Source: Minutocellus sp. GHC0000111 | Taxonomy: Eukaryota | Direction: 5' to 3' | DNA length: 64,000 bases | Assembly (NCBI GenBank): GCA_977018835.1 | Contig: OZ361256.1 | Span: forward strand, 6,510,001-6,574,000 | In this document: positions 46,407 through 60,761 of the stretch, piece after piece | How positions within the stretch are numbered: the first letter of the stretch is position 1 | How the letters are laid out: every line of letters starts with the position of its first letter | The notes under the pieces: generated by a model | Told to the model about the DNA's origin: nothing | What the model saw: the letters and a program-made list of their open reading frames with translations, nothing else | Databases searched by the model: none | Translations under genes and position numbers: made by a program

Positions 46407-46549
46407 CATGTACGCCTTTTTGCGCCCTCAACAGCGGAACGCCTTTTATGTAGTCTATTAGATCTACCTCCGGCTATCCCATACATTCCCAAAACAGGTC
46501 TATCTTCACCTTTCATACAAAAGCTCAACAGTAATCTTTTGCACTAGAG

Positions 46550-47073
46550 TAGAAACCTGTTTAAGAGCTGCCAGATTGAACTCGGAATTTGTTTTTTGAT
46601 CCGTTTGTGGTTTGGTCACTTTCTCTGCGGTTTCGGACAGCTGAGATAATGCCGAGTTCAGAAAAAATTGTCCGGTGGAATTATTTGATGTCTATCACGA
46701 GATATCGGGGATTCTGTCTATGTGCTTTTAGCACAGATCCGGGTCGGATCAACACACCCTCGCAACAATGTCTGACTTGAATAATAAGGATAGTGATGAA
46801 TCAAAATCAAAAACTCACTTTCCAAATTGGATCACCCTCGTAATAGTGCGATGGTTAATTGGTGCTGATGATCAAAACTCGCCGGCAAATTTGGCCTCCG
46901 AACAAAATCCGCGATGTCTCGGGACAGACATCAAACAATTTCACCGGACGGACATTTTCCCCCAGAATCAGCGTGTTCTGAGCTGTCAAAAAATGCACAG
47001 AAAGTGCTTATACTATAAACGGATCATAAAATAAGTTTGGAATTCAATCTGCCACTCCGTAAACCGTCAACTA
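46550..47073. mobile_element. Foldback element, copy 2
   Basis: As 31809..32332. Confidence 0.7.
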
Positions 47074-47275
47074 GATCTAGGCCTGCTCTGCCATTGACGA
47101 ATGGCCAAAAATCGAGTCGTGACCATTTTGGCTCTCTTGTCAATTTCGTTTCAATCATTCGAGATTGATTTACATACATGAATAAGTTCTACCGGCACAT
47201 GTAGTTGATCACGCCTATGAGCAAAAAAGAAGTTGCCGTCGAGGGTGACTCACTCCCACACGCAAAAAAGAATTG

Positions 47276-47298
47276 TGCCTTGACCGTGAATCGAACAC

Positions 47299-47343
<45 letters not shown>

Positions 47344-47348
47344 AAGGC
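47276..47348 (-). tRNA. trnF: tRNA-Phe(GAA), copy 2
   Basis: Identical to copy 1. Confidence 0.97.
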
Positions 47349-48260
47349 AGGCCATCTGTCGAAGCAAGCCACTTGGCAGTGACTGTTCTTGTTGTTCAGA
47401 CAAGTGACATCAAAATACATCGCAAAAAGAAATTGTCACATACCGGTACGTGTAAATGTGCATGTTCAAGGTACCGTTATGCATGCTCGCCTTGTCATAG
47501 GAATTACTAGTAGGGCTATTGCAAAAATGAATTCCGGAGGCCTCCACAATATATATGGTCCCCCCCGCAAGTCGGGGAAAACATGTTGTGCACAACCGTA
47601 GGAATTCCTACCTATTTAATTTGGGTTGGTTTGTCGTGAGTCAAGAGTGCCATTCGACCAAAGCCCTTTCTATTGTCGAATCGAGGAACACAACAATTTG
47701 ACTCGATTGGGTTTAGTCGTTCCACAGTAGTAGCGGTTTTGCAAAAAATAAATGGATCACCACACACTCACATCATGAACTTTCCTGCACTCTAGCTGAC
47801 CAAACAGCAATCAGTTGTGTGTGTGTGTGTGCGTGTGTGTGCGTGTGTGTATTACAAATCAGCAAAATATATTACAAATCAGCAACGAATGCCGCTAGCT
47901 AGTAGGAGTTAGATCTACGGTAGGTGATCGATGTAGATACATGTATATATATATTACAAATCAGCAAAGAATGTCATTAGTAGGCGAGTTAGGTGATCGT
48001 TGGAACGAATCCTAACAGTCAAATCCCAGCGAACTATGTATATATTAAGAATCTATATCCATGTATCTGCCAGAAACTGCCATACAAGTTTTTCTGCTGA
48101 TGATTGCATTCATAATTAGCGCCGTGTCAATTCTCTCTTTGCTGATAGGCTTTTCTTTCATCAAAGCAGACAATCAAGACCTCCTACATTTTACATTCCC
48201 TCCATTTCATCTCACAACAACCCGAAATCCAAGATGTGCCCATCCTCCCAATCCTTCTGA

Positions 48261-48722
48261 TTAACGTTTGCGGAACGTAATGCGGCCACGAGTCAAATCG
48301 TACGGACTCAATTCGATGGTCACACTGTCTCCAACGAGGATCTTCACAAAGTTCTTCCTAATCTTGCCGCTAATGGTTGCCAGCACCGGTTCCTGTGTCT
48401 CGGGAGCACCATCGATTGCGCAGCGGAACATGGCGTTGGGGAGACTCTCAATGACGGTTCCCTCAACCTCAATGACGTCGTCCTTCTTCTTCCTGACACG
48501 CTCGGTCTTATTCTTTCGTTCATTTCCCTGGGCCCGGGCAGCCTTCTTCCCGAATAAGGCCGTCTTTGATCGACCAGCGGCGGTGGTGGTACTGAAGGTG
48601 GTCGAGGCACCAGGCCGAACCGAATTTCTATGAACACCCACATTTCTCGGTGTGGAAAAGGCCTCGCCACAACCGACCAGGGCTAATACCAGTGTTATAC
48701 AGAGCAAGATGAATGATCGCAT
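48261..48722 (-). CDS. infA: Plastid IF-1, copy 3
   Basis: Protein identical to copy 1. Confidence 0.95.
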   Translation of the reverse strand: MRSFILLCITLVLALVGCGEAFSTPRNVGVHRNSVRPGASTTFSTTTAAGRSKTALFGKKAARAQGNERKNKTERVRKKKDDVIEVEGTVIESLPNAMFRCAIDGAPETQEPVLATISGKIRKNFVKILVGDSVTIELSPYDLTRGRITFRKR

Positions 48723-49021
48723 GGCTATGGCTGGTCTGATTTCTCCTTCTGCTGTTTGTTTATTCAATTCAACGACAACTTGCTTCGTCGTTCTTTTGCT
48801 CGGCTTTGGCAATTGGCAGTGACGTTTGAAGCGGTTGGCGGCCAGACATAGATTGAGTGGACAGAAAGACGATGCCTTGGAGAGTGGATAATGATTACAT
48901 GTGCTACTACCGGCGACCGGTAGGCCTACCTACTGTACCGGTAATAATTGATGACAAGGAAAAAAGCAGCACTTCTTCTCGGCTTCAAAGCTGCTGAACT
49001 GAATCTAGATCTAACACGATA

Positions 49022-49882
49022 TTATGAACGTTCTAGTTGGCTTGAGAGAGAATCAATCGCCATGTCTGTATCAGAATCAGAAGCAGGACCGCCGCCTTCA
49101 CTTTGACTGGCAGTTCGAACATGCAAGAAATCACAGCGGTCTCCCCTTTCACAGCCCCCGTCCATCAAGTGAAACTTGCATGGAATGAGCGCTCTTGCCT
49201 TCTTTTGTCTTGCTTTTCTTGCTTTCTTCCTCTCCAATTGCCTTTGCTTACGCTCATCATAAGATTCATCGGCTTTTGTATCGACTGTACCTGGCTCGGA
49301 TGTGTCGATCTTGGAGAATCTTTTACCACCTTTCCCGCGTCGGCCGCTCCTTGTCGCCCCTTGCCGACGACCTTTGCCATTACAAAAATTGTTCCCTTTT
49401 GCCGTATTCCCTCGGGGATGAAATCGAAACCAACGAGGAAAGAGATGAACGTCCATCAGATGCTGATGCCTAGCTCTCTCACATTCGAAAGACGATTTAC
49501 ATGCTGCAATCATGCAGCTGTACTTCGCCTTTTTCCGCTCCAATGCAGATGCAAAGTACGAATCATGAGCCTCACTTATATGCAAATCGAGCAAATGGTC
49601 GTTCGGCAATACGGCGCGGCATTGTCTACACTCCCGAGTGTGCGTATTGAAGTAGTGTGAGTCGCATTCTTCCAATGATTCAAACACCTGATGACAACCA
49701 AGAGCGGAACAAGGGTACGTTCTCCGCAACATTGTTTCCAACGCAAAGGCTTCTTCGTGCTCCAGTGTATAGAAAAATACTTGAGTTAAGGTATCGCGCA
49801 GGGCAATCTCATTTCCCGCTGCAAAAAAAGGGTCATCAGGTCTGAGGCGACGCCTTTTCGCTGTTGCCATCGTCCCGACCAT
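49022..49882 (-). CDS. ZNF511-like zinc-finger protein, copy 3
   Basis: Protein identical to copy 1. Confidence 0.8.
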   Translation of the reverse strand: MVGTMATAKRRRLRPDDPFFAAGNEIALRDTLTQVFFYTLEHEEAFALETMLRRTYPCSALGCHQVFESLEECDSHYFNTHTRECRQCRAVLPNDHLLDLHISEAHDSYFASALERKKAKYSCMIAACKSSFECERARHQHLMDVHLFPRWFRFHPRGNTAKGNNFCNGKGRRQGATRSGRRGKGGKRFSKIDTSEPGTVDTKADESYDERKQRQLERKKARKARQKKARALIPCKFHLMDGGCERGDRCDFLHVRTASQSEGGGPASDSDTDMAIDSLSSQLERS

Positions 49883-51692
49883 TTCACCTGCGAAAGAATA
49901 AGTGGCAAGAATAGATGAAATAAGTAACATTGATGGCGCAATCATTGCAAAATTCCTGCCTGGGTCTCGCTGTGTATTCATAGTGCAAAAATTCCTCAGA
50001 GAGAAGATATGTGTTTGGCATTGTGCGTCGAAGTGTAATTATCCAATCCAGCGGAGAGTGGGTCGAGAGACTGCCGACCAGTAGAGCAGGAAAGGTGGTT
50101 CATTCGCAGTAGCGAGAGAAAGCGTGAAAGTCGCCTTCCAAGCCCCACATCGCCACACAACCCAGGAAAGCAGCATCTCTTCCCCCCAGCCCTGGAAGGG
50201 ATCCCCGAACACCCTTCAAATCCCTGTGCAAGAATCTTCCTTTCTTCATCGGAATCGAATGAATCATCGAATCGATCGGTATTGCCGATAGGTGGTCTTG
50301 TATGAGCAACGTACCAGTATGCAAGTATGCACCTTGTGCTATGCAACCGTGCCTCACTCGCCGCTGATTCGATTTTATGATATGCTGCGAAAAGCAATAA
50401 GATCAGCAGCAGCCGTAGCGATTTGCAGAAAGGCTGGAGAGAGAATATTGACCCACAACTGCCTACAAATTCCAAAACAAAATCAAGATGCATTAAGATA
50501 TTTCTGGGTAGAAACGATCTATTCGATGTGGACATGCTGCAATCAGCGCCAGATATACTGCGACTGCAAGAAGGGAGAATATCCAGATTTGCCAAGGGCC
50601 GACTTTGACATGCTGCGACTGCAGCAAGAAGCGAGAAGCAATATCTGATAACAACATAATTTTATGAAATATACTATCGGCATTCTTTGCTGATTTGTAA
50701 TATATAATCTTGATACTACATGTACTTTTTAAAACATTGAATGAATTGTACATGTGTCTGTGTAAGAGCACATTTGAGCATTCGTTTCCTGATTCATTTC
50801 CTACGTGTACTACGTACCAAACATGGTTTGGATGTTCGGCGCTTCAGAAAGGTTCTCCCCCCTTCTTTTGGGAGTTTGATCGAAAAACCGCCCACCCCGC
50901 CCCACCGGCAACATTGGAACTCGGTTTGGTGGGATACATGTGTGCATCGGGATCGTGTCAGTTTGCGCATCCCCATTCTGGTTCCGATGATCTTTGAGCT
51001 TCTTCTTTTTCCGTAGCTTGTGTACCCTCGGATCGTGTCAGTTTGCGCATCCCAATTAATTCTGGTTCCGATGATCCTTGAGCTTCTTCTTTTTCCGTAG
51101 CTTGTGCATCCTCACCGTCATTCTTCGGTGCAGCAGACGGGTCTGGCCGCAGACCCACTGCTGCTGCCAATTCGGCAATCGTCGGCGCACCGGGCTTGTG
51201 CAGTCTCTCTTCCTTGTTTTGGCCCTGAGAATGTTCTCTTCCTCATCGCTATCATGGTCACTGCACTCTCCTCGTTCCCACCGCTCTTGCCTCTCCATGT
51301 CCTCCATGCGAATTCTGAATTCCATCTTGACATGACGGAACTCTTTTCATCCTCCCTCAGCGTGGCCATGGCCCACTCCACACCCGGGCCGGATCGGGCG
51401 CTGGAGTACCAGCTGCTGCTGCAGCCGCCTTCGCCGCTGCCTGTTACAGATCGGCGACATGATTTGTCTTTTATCGAGGCGAGGGCAGAGGCAGAAACCA
51501 GGGTAGATGGGGTTTTCCGGGCAGATTGGTTACGAGCACAATCTGCACGGAAATGTTTCCTGGCAGATGGGGGGCAAATCTGCGCAGATTTAGAACAGGG
51601 GGTAAAATCAGGGCAGATTGAGATGGGGCGAAAATTCAGGGCAGATTTTTTTCCACCACGCCACCACAAATCCCACCAGTTCAAGCAGTACG

Positions 51693-52781
51693 ATGGAGGA
51701 AGAGCTGTTGCATGAACATGAAGATGAGCCTATTGGCATCGCGGATGCCATGATCCGCCGCGGGGATCACCTGCGAATGCTCAGGATGATGGCTGAGCAG
51801 GACGAGGCAGAGAGAGCACTTGCAGTCAACGATGATGATGCAGAAGGTGATCATTCGGGCGGCGGCTGCTCCTCCTCCTCACTACCGCTCGAGCAAGACG
51901 AGTACGAAGTCTTGCCAAATTCATCAGGGGGGTCAAACATTTTGCATTACAATTCTTATTTGAGACATCAGCGCTATTACGATGATCTGAAACATGTAGA
52001 TTATCACTACATCGACTATGGTGACATTCGTTCAAGCGGACGACATGATGCGGGAAATAAAGCCGGTGGGCATCTCGTCATAAGGCAGCAGAAAAGTCTG
52101 GGGAAAGGTGGGATATGTTGGGATGCAGCATTCATCTTGGCAGAACATTTGATTGCGTGCCAGGAAGAATGGAAAATGGAGAAACGGGGTCTGGATCAGA
52201 ATAGCGATGGCAGCAACGCACCACAAACCACCCTCTGCGAATTGGGCGCTGGAACAGGCCTGTCAGGCTTCATGGTTGCGAAAGCGTGTGTTCAATCTCA
52301 CGTATTCGTTACTGATTTACCTGAACTATTGGACTTGATGAAAGAAAATTATGAGATGAACTTTGTCGTTGGAAAATGCGATGGTTCTGGTGGAACAGAG
52401 GCCGAGGAGGGAAACTCTCTCCTTCGACAAAAGTTTGGCAGCGAACTTTCCAAGTCGCAAGGGACTGCAGAAGCCAAAGTACTTCGTTGGGGAGTTTAAT
52501 CCGATTACGAAGGGGCACCTTTCGACGTTGTCTTCGGCGCAGATGTAGTCGCTTCCCTATATGATCCTATTGCTCTGGCCAACACGTTTTATAATCTATG
52601 TGGGCCCGAGAGCAAGGTCTATTTGAGCTACAAAGGCCGGCTAGATGAGCCACATCTATTATTTGAAGCCGAACTCAAACGTCTTTTTAGTAGGGTGGAG
52701 AGGATTGAACCTCCAAATATCCATAGTCGAAATAAGAATCCAGGTGTTTGCATATTAAAGGCGTGGGGTAAGATTGAATGA
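51693..52781 (+). pseudogene. METTL21-like methyltransferase with in-frame TAA (52497-52499), copy 3
   Basis: As copy 2. Confidence 0.85.
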
Positions 52782-52891
52782 CGCTATTATGTGAACAGCT
52801 AATGTGGCCTACGTACCTCCTAGGTACTTAGGAAACCTCAATAATATCATACATAGCGCGAGAGTATGGCAATGGCTTAGAATTTTATCTT

Positions 52892-55800
52892 TTAGAAGAG
52901 AGACGACAATTTCTTCAATGCCGTTGAAATACTAAAAATGAATGCTGTGAACATAGCCAAATTTTTGTGGCCGAAAAATTGTCCGAGCTTCCATAAGATC
53001 GTGAGGCAAATGAGATTTCTGTAGTCCGCGAGTGGTCGTAGATTGATTCGAAACCTAACATTCTTTTGGTCTTCTCCCTGTTGAAAGTGTTTGAGTACCA
53101 ACGCCGCCGTATCTGAAACATCTGATGGCGACAAGACCTCTCCAGACTCGTGCTTTGGGACGATGTTGAGCCCTGGAACGGCTTCGTCGAGGCGAGTGTT
53201 CATCCAATCCGATGCCCAGACGGTCCACGTAACGAGGAATGGGATCTCGTAACTCTTGATCCTGGAGTACATAGGATCGCCGAGATACGCAACCTCCATA
53301 GCGTTGCACTTACGAGCACCTGTGAGGATTTGCTGTCGACCGGTTCCGGTAAGGAGTCCTCCATGGACTCTCTCAGGCTGGTACTCATATTCCTTTGCCG
53401 AGAAAAGAATAGATGAAGCTCCGCTTTTGGACCCCTTCTTCTCTCCAGGCAATACAACATAGTCAGCTGGAAGACTGGCAATCACACGAGCCTGTGCAAG
53501 GAGCTTCTCAAGAGCAGCCTCATCGCCTCTTGTACCTTGTCCAAAGAGGCCCTCAAGCTTCTGCTCGATCCTATCGAGGAAATCCTGCTCGCGTATTTTC
53601 TTTTGGTGCTGAAGGGAAATCTCCTCCAAAGCATTGTGCATGTCTTGCATACAGGACGACAGCGATAGACCCTCCCGACCGATGGGAGGGCAAAATGCGC
53701 CCAAGTTTCGCTCGTGCTGGGCTACCATCTCACTCAATGGATTATTTCCAGCCTCTCGCGCCAGAAGTCGATCAATTACCCGAACAACTTCAGGTGTGAA
53801 CACTCGAAAGACTCGCTGCATATGCGACAAAGTCTTTGCGAATTCGTTGGATGAAAAGTCTAGCTCTCTTGCTCTTCGCAAGAAGATCGCCAAAGGAACC
53901 GCGTAGAGGTAAAGGTTGGCTGCAATGTACGGCTCCCACGCACTAGTATATGTGCTGGGTGCCGTTGCCTTGGGGATTGTAATCGAGGAAGTGTAAGTAT
54001 CAAATTTGCTGCTTTGGCCGCCGAGCGATTGGACTGTATCGGTTAGGAATTTCTTTGCTTTGGTCGGTGACGTGAGATTACTTGTCATCGGACGATTCTT
54101 GCGCACACTGCAATTCCAAGGCTCAAGCCAGACCAACCAAGCATTCATAGCAGAGAAGAAGGCCGAGTTCGACACATGCACTGGGGAGTGTCGTAGGTTC
54201 ATTCTGACATAGTTGTAGAATGGTGTCTGCGCCATGGTCAGGGCGGGGGTGAGACACCAGCCACCAGCATCGTCAAGACGAGCTTGTTGTGCCGGCGAAG
54301 GCATGCCAGCAGCTTTGGAACCGAGGTGAATAATACTGCCGACGCCTCTTCTTTGAGACGCAAATGCTGCCTCTCCTCCAACGGCGTTGCCAATGGCAGG
54401 GTCAGAGACTATGTGATTGACCAAAAGCCTGGTACCACGCCGAACAAGCGAGGATGGCTCTTGATATGCCGCAGACGAGCCCCACCCGAGGTCGGCAAGT
54501 TCCGACGACATGTCAAGCCCTACTGCCAACGTCCCTGGTAGCGGCGTCGATGGCGTCATGGGCATGCCAAATGGAGACGAGCCCGCTCCTCCTCCTCCTC
54601 GGCTATTCGATAGACGTTTCATGGCGTCAGCCGTCCGGGGCGCCGAGGCACCGGCCGCGCCTCCGTCAAGCCAAATCTCCAGCACCAGACGGAGAAAGAA
54701 TTCAGCATCACGCTCCAGATCGGCAAAGCTTCGGACCGGTGGTCGCGGCACTCTCTTACCATGCGATGAGGAGGATGCCGCTGCTGCCGCTGAGAGGAGA
54801 TTCTGTGGCGGCATCATGGGCTGCATGTGGGGCAAATATCGCTTGGCATAGGACTGAAACAAATGCAGATATATCTGCTCACCATACGGACCCCTCGATG
54901 AATACGAGTGCCGATTGACGCCGCTAATGCCCAGATTGTATGGTGTCGAAGATGACGCGGAAACTGTCGAGGGTGTCCTACTAGTGCCAGAAGTAGTAGA
55001 AGTGGAAGGCCGAGAAGTGACGGAAGTTCCGGCGACCGTGGTTGTGGGAGTAGAAGAGGTGCCATTGTTGGTTGTAGAAGCAGGTGGTGGTGCGGCGGCC
55101 TGGCTGGACTGTCCACTGGCAGCAAACCTCACAAAGTAAAGGAGATCATATTCCAACATGGACAGGCTGAGAACTGCTCTGGCATCGGCCGAGAGGGGCA
55201 GTACGGCAGCGGCCGTCATCGCCGCACCACCCGAGGAGGCAGAGGCACCTGGACTAGCACCACCCAAAGGACTGAAGCCTCCTGGTCGCTGGACGGCACC
55301 ACCACCCCGATGCTGCTGCTGCAGCTTCTGCTGCGCCACCTGCAGCTGCCTCTGGAGGGCATACCGCAGATCGGCCTGCTCCGACGCCGGGACGCGAAGG
55401 ACGGATCCCCACAACCGTGCGGCATTGGGCCGAACATTGGTGGTGGGGACAGCGTCGAGCAGGAGCGAGACCAACGCCATTTGCGTCGGCCGGGGCAGGG
55501 CCCGAAAGTCGAAGGAAAAACGCACGCCAGGACGGTGGACCGATTCGTCCGATATGGCATCGAGCAGCGTGGGCTGCCGGGGCATTCGGCTCGTCTGACC
55601 GATGGGACCGGAAGTACCACCAGGTCCGCCAGCACCGCTCTTTCCAGTCAGCAGCTGAACGACCGGGTCATTGTCCAGTGATGACATGGCCGATCCCGAA
55701 CCAGAACCCGATCCATTAACGCTGGAGGCAACAGAGGCCGTACGAGATACACCAGCAGGCCTGCCCGGTGCGGACGATCCGCCGATACCACCACCGCCAA

Positions 55801-56101
55801 CCGACGATCCTCTCAGACCGCCTGGACTCCGTCCCGCTGAGCCTCTACCGGCGGCGCCTCCTCCACCGCTCCCGTAGCTCGACCACCTCTCCTTCCGCCC
55901 GAGCCAACCACCGGGCTCATGCCGGCACTGGTCGGCGAGGTTGAGCTCGCCGACGATGCGACTGACCAGGAGGGGGAAGAGGCGGAGGAACCGAGCCTCG
56001 GCGGCCGTCCCACCCAGAGGCAGCTCATCCCGAAGGAAGGCCAGGAGGGCCAAAGCCGCCTCCGTCGGGGGATATGTCGGTGATGTGAGGGCTTCCTCCA
56101 T
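52892..56101 (-). CDS. SMPD4: SMPD4-like, copy 3
   Basis: As copy 2 (LEYD). Confidence 0.75.
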   Translation of the reverse strand: MEEALTSPTYPPTEAALALLAFLRDELPLGGTAAEARFLRLFPLLVSRIVGELNLADQCRHEPGGWLGRKERWSSYGSGGGGAAGRGSAGRSPGGLRGSSVGGGGIGGSSAPGRPAGVSRTASVASSVNGSGSGSGSAMSSLDNDPVVQLLTGKSGAGGPGGTSGPIGQTSRMPRQPTLLDAISDESVHRPGVRFSFDFRALPRPTQMALVSLLLDAVPTTNVRPNAARLWGSVLRVPASEQADLRYALQRQLQVAQQKLQQQHRGGGAVQRPGGFSPLGGASPGASASSGGAAMTAAAVLPLSADARAVLSLSMLEYDLLYFVRFAASGQSSQAAAPPPASTTNNGTSSTPTTTVAGTSVTSRPSTSTTSGTSRTPSTVSASSSTPYNLGISGVNRHSYSSRGPYGEQIYLHLFQSYAKRYLPHMQPMMPPQNLLSAAAAASSSSHGKRVPRPPVRSFADLERDAEFFLRLVLEIWLDGGAAGASAPRTADAMKRLSNSRGGGGAGSSPFGMPMTPSTPLPGTLAVGLDMSSELADLGWGSSAAYQEPSSLVRRGTRLLVNHIVSDPAIGNAVGGEAAFASQRRGVGSIIHLGSKAAGMPSPAQQARLDDAGGWCLTPALTMAQTPFYNYVRMNLRHSPVHVSNSAFFSAMNAWLVWLEPWNCSVRKNRPMTSNLTSPTKAKKFLTDTVQSLGGQSSKFDTYTSSITIPKATAPSTYTSAWEPYIAANLYLYAVPLAIFLRRARELDFSSNEFAKTLSHMQRVFRVFTPEVVRVIDRLLAREAGNNPLSEMVAQHERNLGAFCPPIGREGLSLSSCMQDMHNALEEISLQHQKKIREQDFLDRIEQKLEGLFGQGTRGDEAALEKLLAQARVIASLPADYVVLPGEKKGSKSGASSILFSAKEYEYQPERVHGGLLTGTGRQQILTGARKCNAMEVAYLGDPMYSRIKSYEIPFLVTWTVWASDWMNTRLDEAVPGLNIVPKHESGEVLSPSDVSDTAALVLKHFQQGEDQKNVRFRINLRPLADYRNLICLTILWKLGQFFGHKNLAMFTAFIFSISTALKKLSSLF

Positions 56102-56733
56102 TTATTTACTTGGATTGAGGTCTGGTTGGTGCCGCTTTGTTTGGCGACGGATGAGGCTTGCGCAAATATTATTTTGTGATGCAATGGGCTCTGTGCGTGC
56201 GATTTTTGGATTTTGATGCAAAACGCTCTCTTGAAAGACCAAACGTGAAGATGCTCCTGCGAAGAATAAGTGTGTTCTCTTATTATAACGCTAAAACAGA
56301 GGGGGCAGTCGCGTACGCGATTTGGATACGGCGCAATCGGCAATACAAGATGTGTGGTTGCTGGCCTGCTGCTGCTGCTGCCACGCCGCTGGCGATGGCC
56401 CTTGGGCCTTTTTAGCTTTGCGAGCGGCGTACGTACGTAGGGCCTGGCTTGGCCCTTGAAGACCGACACCACTTTGACGTCGCAGAAACTTGCATTATAG
56501 CTGTCAATTTCGTCGGTTCGCCTTGCTTGGGAATTCCTACATGTACCTGGTACATGTACAATGTACATGTACATGTAGCTAGCTAGAGATCTACTACTGG
56601 TAGATCTAGATAGATCTCAAGGGAAGCTATGTTAGAAGGAAGTTTAATCCTACGTAGAGTCTAGCTAGCTAGGAATCCTACCACATGATATGCACCGGTA
56701 GATCTAGCAAGGGAGACCTACCGGCGGTACATG

Positions 56734-57123
56734 TACCCTAATCATCATAGAAAACCTATGAGCTTTTTTGGAGCCGCCTCAAAATCTATGAGCTTTTTTT
56801 CATGCAAAACCTATGCCAAAAATGGCCTAAGTTGTTAGTTTTCATTGTCAAAACCCAAGTTTTTCTGCCTCTGGGCGCTAGATTTTTCCAAATTTTTGCA
56901 GCAAAACCAAATGAAGGGGAACTTAACTGTCTTGTTGTTACACGCACCCTTAAATCTATGCCACAAACATGCACATGCAGTGATGGCAGTTTTAGCGCCG
57001 GCAAACAATAGTGAAAACCTATGCCAAAAAGAAAACCTATGAGCTTTTTTGGAGCCGCCTCAGAACCTATGAGGTTCTCAGACTCAAAACCTATCTCATA
57101 GGTTTTCTATGATAATTAGGGTA
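56734..57123. mobile_element. CCCTAA-end MITE, copy 3, with 19-bp internal deletion
   Basis: One AAAACCTATGA-bounded 19-bp segment is lost at ~56761. Confidence 0.85.
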
Positions 57124-57156
57124 TCGACCAAATGTGTGGTAAAATGAAAAGAGACA

Positions 57157-59220
57157 TCACCTTCTCCCAGAACCACCAGACCTTCTGCCCTTCTTGCCTT
57201 TCTTGCCCGATCTGCCATTCTTGGTTGGGACGGAGGTGGTGCCGAATATTTGTGCCTCACTTAGTTCCCCATCGGCCTTGATCTGATCCCTCATGCGAAT
57301 GTTTGCGGTTAGGTCAGCTACTTGCTGCTCCAGCTCTTCTACCTGTGCCTGTGCTTCGTCCTGCTCGGCCTTGCCTTCTTCCTTGATCTTCTCCAATAAC
57401 TTCTTCGATACCGCCTGTTCTCTCAATAATTTCTGAGATGTTGCTCGAAGTCCAGCCTCCTCACTTTGTGCGTCTAGCAGCTCCCTGCTCAATTTGTCAG
57501 CATCTCTTCGTAGCTCTGCAATGTCTCTTCGCAAACCTTCCACATGCGATGCCTCATCCTCTGTCATCTTCTCATAATCGACCCGTTGTGCAGTTAGTGC
57601 AGCAATCAGGGTGGTAATTTCTCCCTCGTAATGTTGTGCTTGATCTTCTAGAGCACTTTGCAATAAAGCTTCGTATTCCTCGCCAACCATCGTCGCCTTC
57701 TTCGGGGATGGGTCGTAGTATTGCTGACGAATGGACCCAAGTCGACCGCATGAGGGAGCACCCTCTGCCCATTCGCCACCTCCACCCGAAATGAAGGAGC
57801 CATTCATATTGTCAAGATCCAAGTCCTCCATCTTTGGAAAACCCTCTTCATCCTTCCGTGGAGGGAGTGAATCCGCACGAAGATATGGTGGATCTGGCGC
57901 CGCCATCGCGTTGGATGATCCGTGTTGGCCCTTGCCCAACCGAAGCTGCATCGACGAGCAATTCAACAGATCGCTGCGCTGGACGAATTCTCCCCCACCC
58001 GCGGCGGAATAGTCCCATATCCTCTGCGTTACGAGCTCCAGTGAGTAGGGGTGGCCAGTCTCGTCGTTGTGCTGCTTTGCGTGACCGTGAGAATATCGGC
58101 CGCAACCAATCACACCGCAGGTGAGGCAAACCCACAACGTTTGGTCCATCCCACACCTGTAGCAGCCCTTGTGAACACTAACATCACTTGATATTGAGGA
58201 AAGTCCGCCGCTCATTCCATCTAATGGCGGCCTCCACTGCTCCCAGATGACCCGACATGCCTTGCAGTACGATGGATCCTGCCACGGAGTCAAAAAACGC
58301 ATGTTGAGACAGGACCCAACGCTAACGTCGCTGCTGGTGCAGAATTGCGAACACACCTCGTGGGACCTACGACTTGGCCATCCCAGTCGATGTGGATCTA
58401 TCCGATGCAAACATACTGGGCAAGATGGAATTTCCAGTCCATCGTTTGGAAGGTTACTAGATCTAGTATTCGCTGTAGGTGATTGCTTGTTGCCGCTGCC
58501 AAATGATGAGAACGATATCGTCGAAATGGGAAGAACCTTGATGACGGAATTGTATGCCCTATCCATGGCCTGACCGTGTACTTCGTTAATGAGAAGCGAC
58601 AATAAGTCCAACCCCTCTCTTTGTGGTATCTCAATCACCACCAGATCTGTGATGTTGTTGTTGTTGCTGTTGTTGATGCTATTGGTGTCATGATGATTAT
58701 CATCGTTCCTCCTTTGAGTTGATATAATTCCTCTGATTGCAAGTCCTGAACCCGAAAGCGATGCATGTATCCGTGGCAGTACGTCCTCTGAACTTATGGC
58801 ATCGCTTTGGAACCTATGTGCGCAACGCTGTTCTCCCTGGGTGGGTGGTATGGGCAGCTCTTCAATGAGAAACGATGGAACGAATATTCCCACCATTTGT
58901 GATGGCGGCGATGGCGGTGAAGATGACGAGGAAGACGGTGGCTTGCCGCCAGAAGAAGCAGCGCTCTTTGCGGGTTCATAAGATAGACGCAATCTCTCCG
59001 CTGAAACCAAAAAGGGTGTGAGCCTCCTGCCGTCGGTGTTATCACCAAAGCTGGAGCGGGCAAATTCCGCAGTGAGAGACGAGGCGCACGTGCAGGAGCC
59101 GTCATGCGCATGAGCGTCGTGAGAGGGAGCAGCGTGTTCATCATGTGCTTGGTCGGCAACGGAGGTTGTTCCGACGCTGGAATCACAGCATGCAAGGTCA
59201 ATGCTGATGGCAAACGGCAT
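57157..59220 (-). CDS. BRAP2/ETP1-like, copy 3
   Basis: Protein identical to copy 1. Confidence 0.85.
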   Translation of the reverse strand: MPFAISIDLACCDSSVGTTSVADQAHDEHAAPSHDAHAHDGSCTCASSLTAEFARSSFGDNTDGRRLTPFLVSAERLRLSYEPAKSAASSGGKPPSSSSSSPPSPPSQMVGIFVPSFLIEELPIPPTQGEQRCAHRFQSDAISSEDVLPRIHASLSGSGLAIRGIISTQRRNDDNHHDTNSINNSNNNNITDLVVIEIPQREGLDLLSLLINEVHGQAMDRAYNSVIKVLPISTISFSSFGSGNKQSPTANTRSSNLPNDGLEIPSCPVCLHRIDPHRLGWPSRRSHEVCSQFCTSSDVSVGSCLNMRFLTPWQDPSYCKACRVIWEQWRPPLDGMSGGLSSISSDVSVHKGCYRCGMDQTLWVCLTCGVIGCGRYSHGHAKQHNDETGHPYSLELVTQRIWDYSAAGGGEFVQRSDLLNCSSMQLRLGKGQHGSSNAMAAPDPPYLRADSLPPRKDEEGFPKMEDLDLDNMNGSFISGGGGEWAEGAPSCGRLGSIRQQYYDPSPKKATMVGEEYEALLQSALEDQAQHYEGEITTLIAALTAQRVDYEKMTEDEASHVEGLRRDIAELRRDADKLSRELLDAQSEEAGLRATSQKLLREQAVSKKLLEKIKEEGKAEQDEAQAQVEELEQQVADLTANIRMRDQIKADGELSEAQIFGTTSVPTKNGRSGKKGKKGRRSGGSGRR

Positions 59221-59579
59221 AGCGTTGAGGCATAATAGGTGCTGATTGGGCTTTTACGAGTACTAGTAGGTGCGAGCGGAAGGTGGCCGTCCGGTCCGTT
59301 CACATCGCTTCATCTCTCATTTGACGAGATGTGACTTGCTAGCAATCGAGTTTTTAGACAGGTACGTGCATCCGGGTTTCCAAGCAGCTTGTAAAAATCT
59401 TGCGCGCGTCTCCACAAGAAAGCTCACAATTTTTTTCGAGATCTCGAAGCAAAGCAAAAACGGTGAGTCACAACCATGGTGGTGCTGTATTCCCTCTCGA
59501 TCCGACCGGTCTCCGACCCCCCGCAACCCCCAAGATCCCTCCGGATGGTCCCCAAGGAACGTTGGGTGGCCGCGGATGA

Positions 59580-60761
<1,182 letters not shown>
